Shown: positions 10,493 to 22,770, counted from the first letter of the stretch. The stretch: DNA of 25,187 nucleotides from Atractiella rhizophila (GCA_021432655.1 MU271336.1:62001-87187); one strand, 5' to 3'. Notes: a model not told the origin generated them from the letters alone. Numbers and translations: made by a program.

Positions 10493-12860
10493 ATGAGGTT
10501 CAGCATTCAGGAAGACCCAAGGGTGAGTCCAGTTCGACATCCCCAACGGTTCAAATTTGCAGAGCAGCTGACGCTGAAAGTACTAGACTCCAAAAGATGT
10601 CTACAACTGGCGCGTATATCTCAGCGCAATTGTAGCAGGCTGTGGAGCACTGCTCTTTGGCTACGACTCCGCCTTCATCGGCTCGTACGTTGCTCTTTTA
10701 CCTAGCATTGCCCAAATAAATGTGGACCCCTGTTTACAGATTACTCTCTCTCCCATCCTTCCGCCGACAATTTGGACTGGACACGTTGTCTACTAAAGAA
10801 TACGCCGACACGAGCGCAAACATCGTCTCTATCTTCCAAGCTGGATGTTTCTTTGTACGCTTCCTTCTCCTTGCGCGAAGATGACGAGTATGAACGAGCT
10901 TCGGATTAAAGGGTGTAATATTCGCTTATCCGTGGGGAGAACGCTTTGGACGTCGAAGCGTCATAGCTGGAGCTGCCGTGCTTTTTGTCGTTGGGTCCAT
11001 CATACAACTTGTCTCGAGGAGTCTCGCCCCATTTTACCTCTCGAGGGTGCTGAACGGACTCGCTGTTGGCGGAATCACGTAAGTCTCCTCTCTCCAAAGT
11101 ATCGGTCTCTAGCGGCACTAACTAATAACATTGCAGCCTGGCGTGCCCAATTTAGTAGGCCAATTCCCAGACTTCTTTGGCTGTCATTGATGTGCATATT
11201 CACTTTAGCATCGCTGAAATTGCGCCTCCCGCCATTCGAGGACAGCTCATCGGCTTCTACGAGGTGGCATACCAAGTTGCTGCCCTCCTCGGGTTCTGGG
11301 TATGTTTCGTTTCTCCTCTCCTCTTAAACTATCTCATACCTCGCCAACACAAATCAACTACGGTGTCAACAAGCACATGTCTCCCAAAGGAGATTCGCAA
11401 TGGATGGTCCCCGTATCAATCCAACTCATCCCAGGGGGCCTCCTCTTCGTTTGTTTCTTCCCCTTTCTCCGTCTCTATTTCCTGATCAACAAGAACAGAT
11501 TGGCACCTTCTTCATCCCCGAAAGCCCACGTCAACTCGCAAAAAGAGGCAACTACCCAAAAGCCCTCACCTCACTCTCCTGGTTGAGGAACCTTCCACAA
11601 GATCACAGCTATGTGAACGAGGAGCTCTTCCAGATTCGTCAACAGATCGAACATGAGACCATGGGCTTGGCAGGACAGAAGAGCGGCGCCAGAAGGCTGT
11701 TTGTTGCGCAGGTGAAGGAGTTGGGTAAGAAGGGAATCTACAACCGTCTCATCGTTGGTTCGCTTTTGATGCTGTACCAAAATGCGACCGGAATCAATGC
11801 TAGTTCGTTTCCCTCTTTTCTTCCAAATGACGCGGAGCTGATACTACATCTCAGTCAATTATTGCAAGTCCCCCCATTATCACTTCCATATTGCGTTCTA
11901 ATATCCGTCATAACCAAAATATAGACAGTCCGTGCGTTGGTAAGCTCCACAAAAAGATGCCTAGCTAATGACAAATTCAGAACCATCTTCAAAAGCATAG
12001 GTGTGACGGGAACGAACGCAGGTCTCTTTGCGACAGGAATCTACGGGGTTGTACGTGCTTTCCTGCTTTCCACCTTCCTTACTCACCAAATACACAAAGG
12101 TTAAACTAGTCAGCTCACTCATTTTCCTCCTCTTCCTCATCGATCGAGTCGGTCGACGGCTTCCCCTTCTCATCGGTGGAACGTGAGCCAACCCGTCATC
12201 GATTTGACGTGCGATTATTGACTCTCGTATGTAGCGCCTCCTGCCTTTGCCTCTACTACATCGGCGCCTACATCAAGATCGCAAATCCTCAACCTGTCGC
12301 CGGCGCAACTCCAGACTCAGCTGGCATTTCGGCGATCGCCATGCTCTACATCTTCGTAATATTCTACTGTGCATCCATCAATGGTATCGCGTGGATCTAC
12401 AAGTATGCCTTTCCGTTATAAGTGAAGTGTTATTTCCGTGCTCACCGACTCTCGTCATTGCAGTGGAGAGCTGTTCCCGACGAATATTCGTGGACTGTGC
12501 GCCGTAGTGACCACTTGCTTCCAATGGATCGGACAATTCGCAATCACTCGAGCGACGCCGTACATGTTCGAATCTTTCAAATCATATGGACCGTTCCTGT
12601 TCTTTGGATCATGTACTCTGGTTGGAACAACGTGGGTATATTTCTTCATTAAGGAAACGAAGGGGGTCTCGCTGGAGGACATGGACAAGCTCTGGGGTTA
12701 CGACCGCTCTGCAACCAATGGCGGAAGAGAGGTGAACGACGGAGAGAGAAAGGAAGTGAGGGAAGATGAAGAAGCAAAGAGCATGTCGATGTCTTCAAGC
12801 TCAGACGCCTGGGAGAAAGAGCAGGAAGAGCGAGTGGAAGGCTCGAAGATGGAAGCGTAG
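10493..12860 (+). CDS. qutD: Quinate permease (sugar-porter MFS), copy 1, 13 introns; intron-6 acceptor mutated
   Basis: Spliced N-terminus MRFSIQEDPRTPKDVYNWRVYLSAIVAGCGALLFGYDSAFIG matches the QutD/Qa-Y EDRPTPxxVYNWRVY...GYDSAFIG signature. Also YIAEIAPPAIRG, PESPR, GINAINYYSPTIF, IDRVGRR, ELFPTNIR, ETKGVSLE. Confidence 0.88.
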
Positions 12861-13014
12861 AAAATAAACCAGCTCATAAAGGCTTATGTGCATGTACATC
12901 CATTGAAGAAAAATCGTATATCAATTCCATGAGTAACCGCACCCGTTTCGAGACGAGTAGATTTGCACAAAGCTTTGGATAAATTCAATTTCGACTTGAA
13001 CTGTGGATATTCTC

Positions 13015-13143
13015 TCATCCTTGAGCAGCGAGAGCGTCTCTCGTAGCAGTCCACGCTTGCTTCTTGTTATAATTTTCATCGTAAAGCAGCGCAGCACCAT
13101 AACCAGAAAACGTGCTCGGGATCCAAGAATATTTGTCTGTGAC
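13015..13143 (-). pseudogene. Orphan duplicate of the GH10 xylanase last exon
   Basis: Matches 16073-16201 ([42 protein letters not shown]); no upstream exons. Confidence 0.92.
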
Positions 13144-13145
13144 CT

Positions 13146-13226
13146 TCAGAGATTGGTAATCTTCGCTTGGAGGGAATGTGAGTGGCAGTCTCCAAGTGAG
13201 AGGGAGGCAATTCCGAGCAGTGGCAT
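13146..13226 (-). pseudogene. Duplicated 5' stub of the dehydratase ([26 protein letters not shown])
   Basis: 13159-13226 equals 10101-10168; the frame stops just past the junction. Confidence 0.92.
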
Positions 13227-16215
13227 TTCGAACGTCGATGTCGCTGATCGATTGACGCTGCTCTAAATATTGTATGTTTGGGGGCGATAAACTGAAGGGA
13301 AGCCATCGAGTTTATCACTTCTTGCTTGCCTGGATGAAAGCTCTTGACCGACTTGAAAGTTCTTCCACCACCCGAGGTGCGATAAACTTTCTTCCACCTC
13401 CCCAGCGCCAAAAAATTGCTGCGACCATCTTTGATATTGACTCGGAGGAGCTCTTCATTTAGTTCAGTGGAGTCTTTATCATCCATCTGGGGCACATATA
13501 AGTGGTGCATCAACGAAGCAACTTCAGCCCACTGCTACCTGATATCCATCATGAGGTTCAGCATTCAGGAAGACCCAAGGGTGAGTCCAGTTTGACATCC
13601 CCAACGGTTTAATTTGCAGAGCAGCTGACGCTGAAAGTACTAGACTCCAAAAGATGTCTACAACTGGCGCGTATACCTCAGCGCAATTGTAGCAGGCTGT
13701 GGAGCTCTGCTCTTTGGCTACGACTCCGCCTTCATCGGCTCGTACGTTGCTCCTTTACCTAGCATTGCCCAAATAAATGTGGATCCCTGTTTGCAGGTTA
13801 CTCTCTCTCCCATCCTTCCGCCGACAATTTGGACTGGACACTTTGTCTACTAAAGAATACGCTGACACGAGCGCAAACATCGTCTCGATCTTCCAAGCTG
13901 GATGTTTCTTCGTACGCTTCCTCCTCTTTGCACGAAGATGACCTGTATTAAAGAGCTTCGGATGACAGGGTGTAATCTTCGCTTATCCGTGGGGAGAACG
14001 TTTCGGACGTCGAAGCGTCATAGCTGGAGCTGCCGTCCTTTTTGTCGTTGGGTCCATCATACAACTTGTCTCGAGAAGTCTCGCCCCATTTTACCTCTCG
14101 AGGGTGCTGAACGGACTCGCTGTTGGCGGAATCACGTAAGTCTCCTCTCTCCAAAGTATCGGTCTCTAGCGTCACTAACTGATAACATTGCAGCCTGGCG
14201 TGCCCAATTTAGTAGGCTAATTTCCCAGACTTCTTTGGCTGTCATTGATGTGCATATTCACTTTAGCATCGCTGAAATTGCGCCTCCTGCCATTCGAGGA
14301 CAGCTCATCGGCTTCTACGAGGTGGCATACCAAGTTGCTGCCCTCCTCGGGTTCTGGGTATGTTTCGTTTCTCCTCTCCTCTTACAGTATCTCATACCTC
14401 GCCTACACAGATCAACTACGGTGTCAACAAGCACATGTCTCCCAAAGGAGATTCGCAATGGATGGTCCCCGTATCAATCCAACTCATCCCAGGTGGCCTC
14501 CTCTTCGTTTGTTTCTTCCTCTTTCTCCGTCTCTATTTCCTGATCAACAAGAACAGATTGGCACCTTCTTCATCCCCGAAAGCCCACGTCAACTCGCAAA
14601 AAGGGGCAACTATCCAAAAGCCCTCACCTCACTCTCTTGGTTGAGGAACCTTCCACAAGATCACAGCTATGTGAACGAGGAGCTCTTCCAGATTCGTCAA
14701 CAGATCGAACATGAGACTATGGGCTTGGCAGGACAGAAGAGTGGTGCGAGAAGGCTGTTTGTTGCACAGGTGAAGGAGCTGGGTAAGAAGGGAATCTACA
14801 ACCGTCTCATCGTTGGTTCGCTTTTGATGCTGTACCAAAATGCGACCGGAATCAATGCTAGTTCGTTTCCCTCTTTTCTTCCAAATGACGCGGAGCTGAT
14901 ACTACATCTCAGTCAATTATTGCAAGTCCCCCCATTATCACTTCCATATTGCGTTCTAATATCCGTCATAACCAAAATATAGACAGTCCGTGCGTTGGTA
15001 AGCTCCACAAAAAGATGCCTAGCTAATGACAACTTCAGAACCATCTTCAAAAGCATAGGTGTGACGGGAACGAACGCAGGTCTCTTTGCGACAGGAATCT
15101 ACGGGGTTGTACGTGCTTTCCTGCTTTCCACCTTCCTTACTCACCAAATACACAAAGGTTAAACTAGTCAGCTCACTCATTTTCCTCCTCTTCCTCATCG
15201 ATCGAGTCGGTCGACGGCTTCCCCTTCTCATCGGTGGAACGTGAGCCAACCCGTCATCGATTTGACGTGCGATTATTGACTCTCGTATGTAGCGCCTCCT
15301 GCCTTTGCCTCTACTACATCGGCGCCTACATCAAGATCGCAAATCCTCAACCTGTCGCCGGCGCAACTCCAGACTCAGCTGGCATTTCGGCGATCGCCAT
15401 GCTCTACATCTTCGTAATATTCTACTGTGCATCCATCAATGGTATCGCGTGGATCTACAAGTATGCCTTTCCGTTATAAGTGAAGTGTTATTTCCGTGCT
15501 CACCGACTCTCGTCATTGCAGTGGAGAGCTGTTCCCGACGAATATTCGTGGACTGTGCGCCGTAGTGACCACTTGCTTCCAATGGATCGGACAATTCGCA
15601 ATCACTCGAGCGACGCCGTACATGTTCGAATCTTTCAAATCATATGGACCGTTCCTGTTCTTTGGATCATGTACTCTGGTTGGAACAACGTGGGTATATT
15701 TCTTCATTAAGGAAACGAAGGGGGTCTCGCTGGAGGACATGGACAAGCTCTGGGGTTACGACCGCTCTGCAACCAATGGCGGAAGAGAGGTGAACGACGG
15801 AGAGAGAAAGGAAGTGAGGGAAGATGAAGAAGCAAAGAGCATGTCGATGTCTTCAAGCTCGGACGCCTGGGAGAAAGAGCAGGAAGAGCGAGTGGAAGGC
15901 TCGAAGATGGAAGCGTAGAAAATAAACCAGCTCATAAAGGCTTATGTGCATGTACATCCATTGAAGAAAAATCGTATATCAATTCCATGAGTAACCGCAC
16001 CCGTTTCGAGACGAGTAGATTTGCACAAAGCTTTGGATAAATTCAATTTCGACTTGAACTGTGGATATTCTCTCATCCTTGAGCAGCGAGAGCGTCTCTC
16101 GTAGCAGTCCACGCTTGCTTCTTGTTATAATTTTCATCGTAAAGCAGCGCAGCACCATAACCAGAAAACGTGCTCGGGATCCAAGAATATTTGTCTGTGA
16201 CCTTCAGAGATTGGT
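13159..16215 (+). repeat. Tandem segmental duplication, unit 2 (3,057 bp)
   Basis: Collinear with 10101-13157, separated by a single A at 13158. Confidence 0.97.
13551..15918 (+). CDS. qutD: Quinate permease, copy 2, apparently intact, 13 introns
   Basis: Same exon structure and, by manual comparison, same protein as copy 1; all acceptors are AG, including CACAG at 14410. Confidence 0.9.
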
Positions 16216-17637
16216 TTGGTTAGAAACGCGGAGTGTCGCATGAGAGAAAGAGAGGACCGTACCCCCCACACCGTGATGGAGACGCATTGAGGACAAGCAT
16301 TGACAACATCTCTATAATTCGTGGCTTGCAGCGCGTCGTTCCTCGCACTGGTCTGCTGACGGATATCCAGCTCGGTGATTGCCACTTGTAGGCCTAACGC
16401 TGAGAAACGAGCAAGGTTGGCTTTGAGCGTGCTCGGTATTTGACCATTGATAAAGTGGGATTGGAACCCGATGCCATCGAGAGGAACACCTGTCACAGGG
16501 AAAGGTATGACATTGCGCGATTGTTAGAAAGCAAAATGCACCTTTGGCTTGGAGCTGTTTCACGACGTTGTACAATCCATCTGATTTCGCATTCTGTCCT
16601 TCGATGTTATCTGTACAAACATTAGAGTCAAAGGCGGCTCCTTCCGAAAGTGAACACACAATCGTTGATACTGCGAATTGCTCCGTCAAGCACTGTTTAC
16701 GTTGGTTGGACGGGGAGGACGTACTACAGCTTCGCCGCGGGATCAGCAGCCCTACATCTCCGTTGTTATATGTTGCAGGAAGAGATAAAAGGGAAAAACC
16801 TGGCATAAGTCAAGGATTTCGTAAAGAGGTCGATTCCGAAGGCCCTACTCCAAATGGTGTCCTTAATGGCGCCGTTCTCTTCAATGTGTTCATTCTAAAA
16901 TAAAAACGAGACCAATTTCTTTTAACCTGCAAAATGGTGGAACAGAAACACGAACGACGACATCCCAGGCGTATATTTTCCCCTAGACGCAGGATTAAGT
17001 ATGTATGATCATTGCGGGGAAAGAAGGGATGTGCAACCTTGTAGTGCGTCATCACTTGAGTGATGTGATTCTTTAAGGCCGCATCCAGCTGACTCGCGCT
17101 CAGACCGCTTACCCAAGAAGGGAGCTGGTTAGCCCAGACGAATCTGTTTTATTCATTAAGAGCAAACTCAGGTCATCTGCAGTACACGACTAGACGTACG
17201 TGTGACCTCTGACCTTCGCTCCGTTGTTCAAAGCAAAACTAGTTTCACCCGTCAAAGAAGGGCAAGAGGGAAGCTACTGAGACATACTTGACGATGTTAT
17301 CCGCTGCCGCGAAGTTGAACACACCTTGCTGAGGCTCCGTCGCGTCCCATTTCATCTCGTTCTATAAGGTCAAGCTTTAGCAAAACGAAACAAAGGCAGA
17401 CAAAAAGTTCTAGGGAGTAGTGTGAAGGAACACTGCGGGCTTGCTTACCTCTGGAGTGAAGATATTAAAGTCCCTAGCCGCAGTTGTGGCATAGGCGGAC
17501 TCGGAGAGGTGAGAATTAGCGATTGCTGCTCCGACATAAGGCGAAGCTCCAGCAGCAGCCTTCAAGGTCGTGGCTTGACGTTTCTGGTTCGGGACGACCG
17601 TGGCCGTGGCGAGAGCAAGGATGGAGAACAAAAGCAT
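16073..17637 (-). CDS. Secreted GH10 endo-1,4-beta-xylanase, 11 exons, no CBM
   Basis: Signal peptide [12 protein letters not shown]. Spliced motifs [28 protein letters not shown] (acid/base Glu), [25 protein letters not shown] (nucleophile Glu), ITVWGVTDKYSW. All 10 introns are GT-AG and in frame. Confidence 0.95.
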
Positions 17638-19831
17638 CTTCGTCTTCTGATACTCGTACCAATATATTGCGCTGACGCTGAACGTATGGGTTTGATCGAT
17701 AGAGTATGATGCACTTTTATACTTCAAATCCTCGTGGAAGGCGTGAAGCTCCTGGAAAGGGGAAGTGCTCTGGACTGGCCTGTTTTCGGCGAATTGACGT
17801 GACAGTCAACTTGCAATCCATTCGTCTCCACCCAGCGTCACGCAAGAACTCGTTTTGGCGTCCACACTACAATATTGAAAGCTCCGATAGAGCAGCGGGG
17901 CCTGTCACTGTGGTAACGTTCCGTGATATTAGTGCTGGTGCTTCTGCCTCAGAAATCTACGCACCTTTACACATCGATTCTGATGCCAGGAGGCATTTGG
18001 CGCGGGAACATGTTAGTGTCAAGCGAGCGGTAGAACTTGAACTCAATCACCTCCCTCCTGACTGTTGCTGAACATGATGACAAAGGTAGTGCAAACAGGG
18101 CGAAAGGATTTTAGCCGTGAGAAAGCTTGAAGCTACGGAGAAGCTGGAGTCCTTTTGGGCATGTTACTGGAGCTTTGATGAAGGAAGAGACTGACGCCTG
18201 ATTACTGCGATAAGGCGACAAGAACATCATTCTCTACCACGTAGGATGAGCGAAGTCTGCGTCGGAAGAAACGATTGGGTATGCTTTACCTACGATCGGG
18301 AAGAGGTGCAGGTGGGAGGTGAAATTTGATGGAGCCATAGGTAGAATATTTATCTCCGTCTTCCTTGTCATGTTGGCTTGTCGTTCGCCAGTAGTGCTAG
18401 TGGCCAAGACCTTTGAACTTCCTGCCCAATGCGAAGTGAGTGCTGGGAGCGGCCTGAAGTGGTGAACGCTGCGATCAACCTTGAGAGCACCTCATCCGCA
18501 AAGTGGCAGAGCAGACAGACAGCTGGTGTGCGTTGATGAGCATGAGCTTCGGACAATGGACTTGGGCGTATTTCAGGCATGAGTCTCAGGAAGTAATAAA
18601 TGCGGCTCGACACGCCGCTTGATAATGCTCGCAGTAACTCTGGAAAGGCTTCAGTGCACGCACAGACAACCGGAGGATATCGTGGGAGGGGATAGTACAT
18701 GTGAACCCTCCCTTCGCATCGCTCTCCCTTTTCGAACTCCATGGCCAGTTTTTCACTTTGCTTTACACTCTCGACTGCAGTTCTTTTGCTGAGCTCCTAC
18801 TGAAGCGGTAGCCACCAGCACTCGCTGCGGATCTTCGGATCTTTGATTTGTTTGTCGCAAACATCGACAACCACTAACAATTTGTCAAGATCACAACGAC
18901 GAAGAGAAGTTCCAGAAGAGGAACGGCCATCGCGGGGTATATGAGTAAATTTGGAATCATATTGGTGAGCTTTTGTTTCAACGATTCTTGGTCACTTTCG
19001 TGAACCTGCTTCCTTCTCTTGTCTTGCAAACCTCCAGGAAGTAAATGTGAAGCATCTACTTTTGTTCAATAGACTTTTATTGTTCATTCGTCACATATTC
19101 GAACTTACATAATACATCCGACATTCTTGCACGACTTTTAGGCTCTACTTTGACTTTGATCTCTAGGTAGCGATATTAACCCGAAAACCTTTCAAATCCA
19201 ATGGAACCCAAGCCTAGCGAATCATAGAAGTTAAGCACCAAACGGACTTTCACAACTGTTCATTCCACATATCTTTTTTGTTACGATCAGGGGTAATATG
19301 CGTAAAACAAGTCGTTTGTAGGTCCGTCAAGTTAAATGAGGCGTTCCGTAACCCTTCGCGTACCTCAAGGGCTTTGACAACACGTATTTGGTATTGTTTT
19401 CAGACGCAATGTATTCCAAGCTCCTGAGAACTGAGAATCAACACGGAGCTTTTCCGAGGACGCAGGTTTGTCAACCGAGTATACCGACGCAGAAATCCTT
19501 TGATCTATCCGCACATTTCAGGATGATATGGATTGCTTCCTTGGACTTCTTATAGCGAGAAGTCCCATTCCCCTTTTCTTGCTAACCCTTTGGGTTTGAC
19601 TTTGTGAGATCAGTTCGCTTTGACATCGTTAAGTGAAGTCGAAATACTCCTCACTCAGGACCAATCATCATTGTCCTGAAATGAATGCGTGCAAAGCTTT
19701 TTTTTCTCCCTCTTTGTCTTTTTTGATTGGGCGGACTCGCGGTTCGACAAGGTACTCAGTCTTTCACGCATCATCCCACATACAATTCCTCCTATGAAAG
19801 ATGTTAACTATTATAGCCCAGTGTTGTCGAA

Positions 19832-21953
19832 ATGGAAGATTTTCGCATCCAAGCCTTTCTTAAGCCAGACCCTTCTCTGATAGTGACGCCCTCGACCAGT
19901 CCTCCTTCGCCGGCTCAGTTTCAAGTGAAACAATCATTAAAAGAACAAGGGAAGTGCATAACAAAAGATGATTTCAGTTACCCCTCGCATCCAACTGACG
20001 GGTTCTTCTCTGTGACCTACTTGGATCATGTCAGAAATGAACTGCGAGCGTTGCATTCTCTCAGGTTCTCGCCGTTCTACGAGAACGTCTTGATGTTGGG
20101 CAACTTCAGGTAGGTCTTTCAGCTAGCAGTATGAGCTCCTCTAATCTTGTTCAGGGACTCACAGTGTGCATCGGCATTTTCAGAAGACATTAACCATTTT
20201 CTCGTTTTTCTTCATCCCGCCCATTGTCTAGACGTCGTCAGCGTCCGTTTTGAATGCGTAACGTGTAGGCTTGATTGCTCCTTATAACCCTTTTCGGTTC
20301 ACAATGTTGCCTACAGCTGAAATATACTCTGCACGCTTCTTTCATGATGACGATTGCTTGATCACTGTTTTTCTCTTGGTAATTTCGTTGTCAAATGTGT
20401 CGTTGATTAAAACTGATTCGCATATTTAGCCTCCAAATTTACTTTGCGAAATGGACTGGGTCGCGGCAGATAATCTTACCCCCGTTACCACAGACTGCTT
20501 ACGACTACTCGAGAATGCCGCTGGCCCAACACCAGATAACTCACTGGTCGTTTTCTGCGACTTGAAATGTTCCGTTACCCTTCGATGCAGCAGTTATGAC
20601 ATCAAATATGCTTTTCATCATGAACCTTACCTTCCTTTGCTTACCTTCCTATCTGAAGGCTTTGCCAAAGTATGCGACTGCACCCGGTATTCCGATCGAA
20701 TTGGACAACCTCACTTTCCTCGGACAGCCGTACTTGGGTGCCGAAGGAATGCTTCGAAATCTGCCTCGACTCAAATTGATCTCACTAGCATCACAAAAGC
20801 CTCACAGCTTGACTCCTTCGATGTTCAGAATGCCAACTTTGATTTTCGAAAGGCTCTCCAGTGTTGGCATCAGCGCGATCGGAAAGAGGGAAGTTATGGC
20901 TTGATACTTTGCAGTTACCTGGAGAGAGCATTCGAATCATTTCTCTTCTCTCAGATGTTGTGGACACTAGTTTTCCCGACCCAATGCTGCTTACCAGTTC
21001 CGATGACCCAATACTTCTTTACAGGCAAAACCTCATTTTACATGCATCTTCATATTCACGAAAGTCACTTCCCCATTTTCGATTAAACGATGGAGATGTT
21101 GTTCAACTCCTTCGAACAATCAGGTCCGGCGATAAGTATTGGGGACAAATTTACGAGGTGGCGATTCCAAACATGGAGCTGAATGGTACTCGTTTGGTTC
21201 TGAAGATTTATGATGAAAGGCTGTTTCCCTCCCCGGCTTGGGAACTGGACGAGGAGGTATCGGATCGAGTACGACGATGGCCAGATGCAGCAGAGTCATT
21301 GGGACGCGAGCAGACTGCTTATTCTGCTCTTCGGTTACTACAGGGGTCTTCCATTCCCAAATCTTACGGCTTCTATGAGGTATGCTGACAGGTCTCTCGT
21401 AATATTGGCTCATGTCTGCATAGCTGGAGCTGAGCGATGGAAGCAGAGCACCTGCTCATCTTCTTGAACTGGTTGAAGGACCACATCTCCATAAAGCAGA
21501 TTTAGGATCACTTCCACTTGAGGATCAACGAGATTTTGTCCGTAAATGTTTCTATCTGTTGCTAACTGTTTACTTCTTTCCCAGTACATCAAAGGGATGG
21601 CCCTTGTTGGCGCCATGTTACTTCTTGGAGTAAACCACACGGATATCGACCAGCGACCAGATCAAATAATTTGCCATCGTAGCGAATCAGGGGTTTTGAA
21701 CCCCGTCCTTCTGGATTTTGGGATGGCGAATGTTGGCGTCTTCATGGACGAGAGCACCTTACAGTCCAAGGACCTTGCCTGGAACTTCGAAGCCTTGCAA
21801 ACTCCGGATTCCATGCACATGACCTGGTTATTGTTTAAACATCTGGGATGGGAGTTGGAGGATTATTTTGAAGTTGCTCCCTCTAATGTTTGGAAGTGGC
21901 TGAAGAGCCAAAAGTTTGGGCCATTCAACGTCGAATGGGAGCGACTGGGGTGA
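19832..21953 (+). CDS. Multi-exon protein with unknown N-terminal region and C-terminal fungal protein-kinase-like domain
   Basis: C-terminal part has VLKIYDER, REQTAYSALRLLQGSSIPKSYGFYE, LLELVEG, VNHTD and VLLDFG. Upstream ORFs can be joined by introns such as 20110-20154 and 20863-20914; the 5' model is less certain. Confidence 0.65.
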
Positions 21954-22203
21954 ACAAGTATGGGTCCTTACTTCATACATACTTCAAATGGATTTAGCTG
22001 GAATTTATACTTCGAACCTCGTCGAAAGGCTGATGCTGGAAGGAGGCGCCATGGGCATGTCTGTTTTCGGTGTTTTGACTGAAGAGTTAAAGTTAAATGG
22101 TCACCTTGCTCCCCTGCTGTCTCCATTGTCATGTCATAACTTGTTTAAATTTGAACCACCACATGCTCGCCGTGTATGGCGTGGTATGAGGGACACCAGA
22201 ACG

Positions 22204-22294
22204 GTAGACCCTCAGGGATATTGGTAGACCCTCACGACACCTCAGTAGACCCTGGTCAAAAAGGGTAGACCCTCAAAAATGACAGTAGACCCTC
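22204..22294 (+). repeat. Five direct GTAGACCCT(C) motifs at 20-21 bp spacing
   Basis: Copies start at 22204, 22224, 22245, 22265 and 22285. Confidence 0.95.
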
Positions 22295-22770
22295 TCAAAT
22301 TGAGGTTAGAATGTTAGCTACCGAGTATGTACCTTAGTCTGTCGACTTCAACATAAAATATTATCCTGCAAGTGCAAGCGTGACAAGAATACAGCAAAGC
22401 ACAAGACCTCTGAGATGAGAGGAAAAGAAGTACAATGGAAGGAAAAGCGCACCAGCGAACCCATTATCAATCCATCAAGCTTGATTTGTCGCCATTTAAC
22501 TCTCTATTTACGTGCTTGTCCCGTTTCTCAAGCAGCACCAACAACCAACGGCGGCGGAAAGGAGAGAGAGGAGCAATATCTTTGTCCTTGGCTTCGATTT
22601 TATAAGCTTTCCGGTCTTGAAAGGTGAGCTGCCCTACTCTAAGCCTTTGCTTGTCCCTTAAAGTTGCTTGCTTCCGGTGACTCTGCTTTTCACCGAGCAC
22701 AATGGGTTGCTAAAGTGTTCTATACATTACATATGTTTTCTGGAGTGCTAAGATACGATTCTAGCAGGCA

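Larger units (their letters stand above)
10101..13157 (+). repeat. Tandem segmental duplication, unit 1 (3,057 bp)
   Basis: Starts ATCTTCGCTTGGAGGG and ends CCTTCAGAGATTGGT; collinear with 13159-16215. Confidence 0.97.

Noticed and set aside
13015..13226. In-frame dehydratase-xylanase fusion protein
   Set aside because: The junction reads KITNL* and stops at 13146, before the xylanase exon.
17700..19700. Short ORFs (17706-18071 plus, 18368-18742 minus) and a weak hairpin near 19326-19380
   Set aside because: No recognisable motifs or consistent splice model; the hairpin is too imperfect to support.
22204..22294. Possible mini-CRISPR array
   Set aside because: Repeats are only 9-10 bp with about 11-bp spacers, the context is eukaryotic, no cas genes are present, and the array sits at a transposon end.
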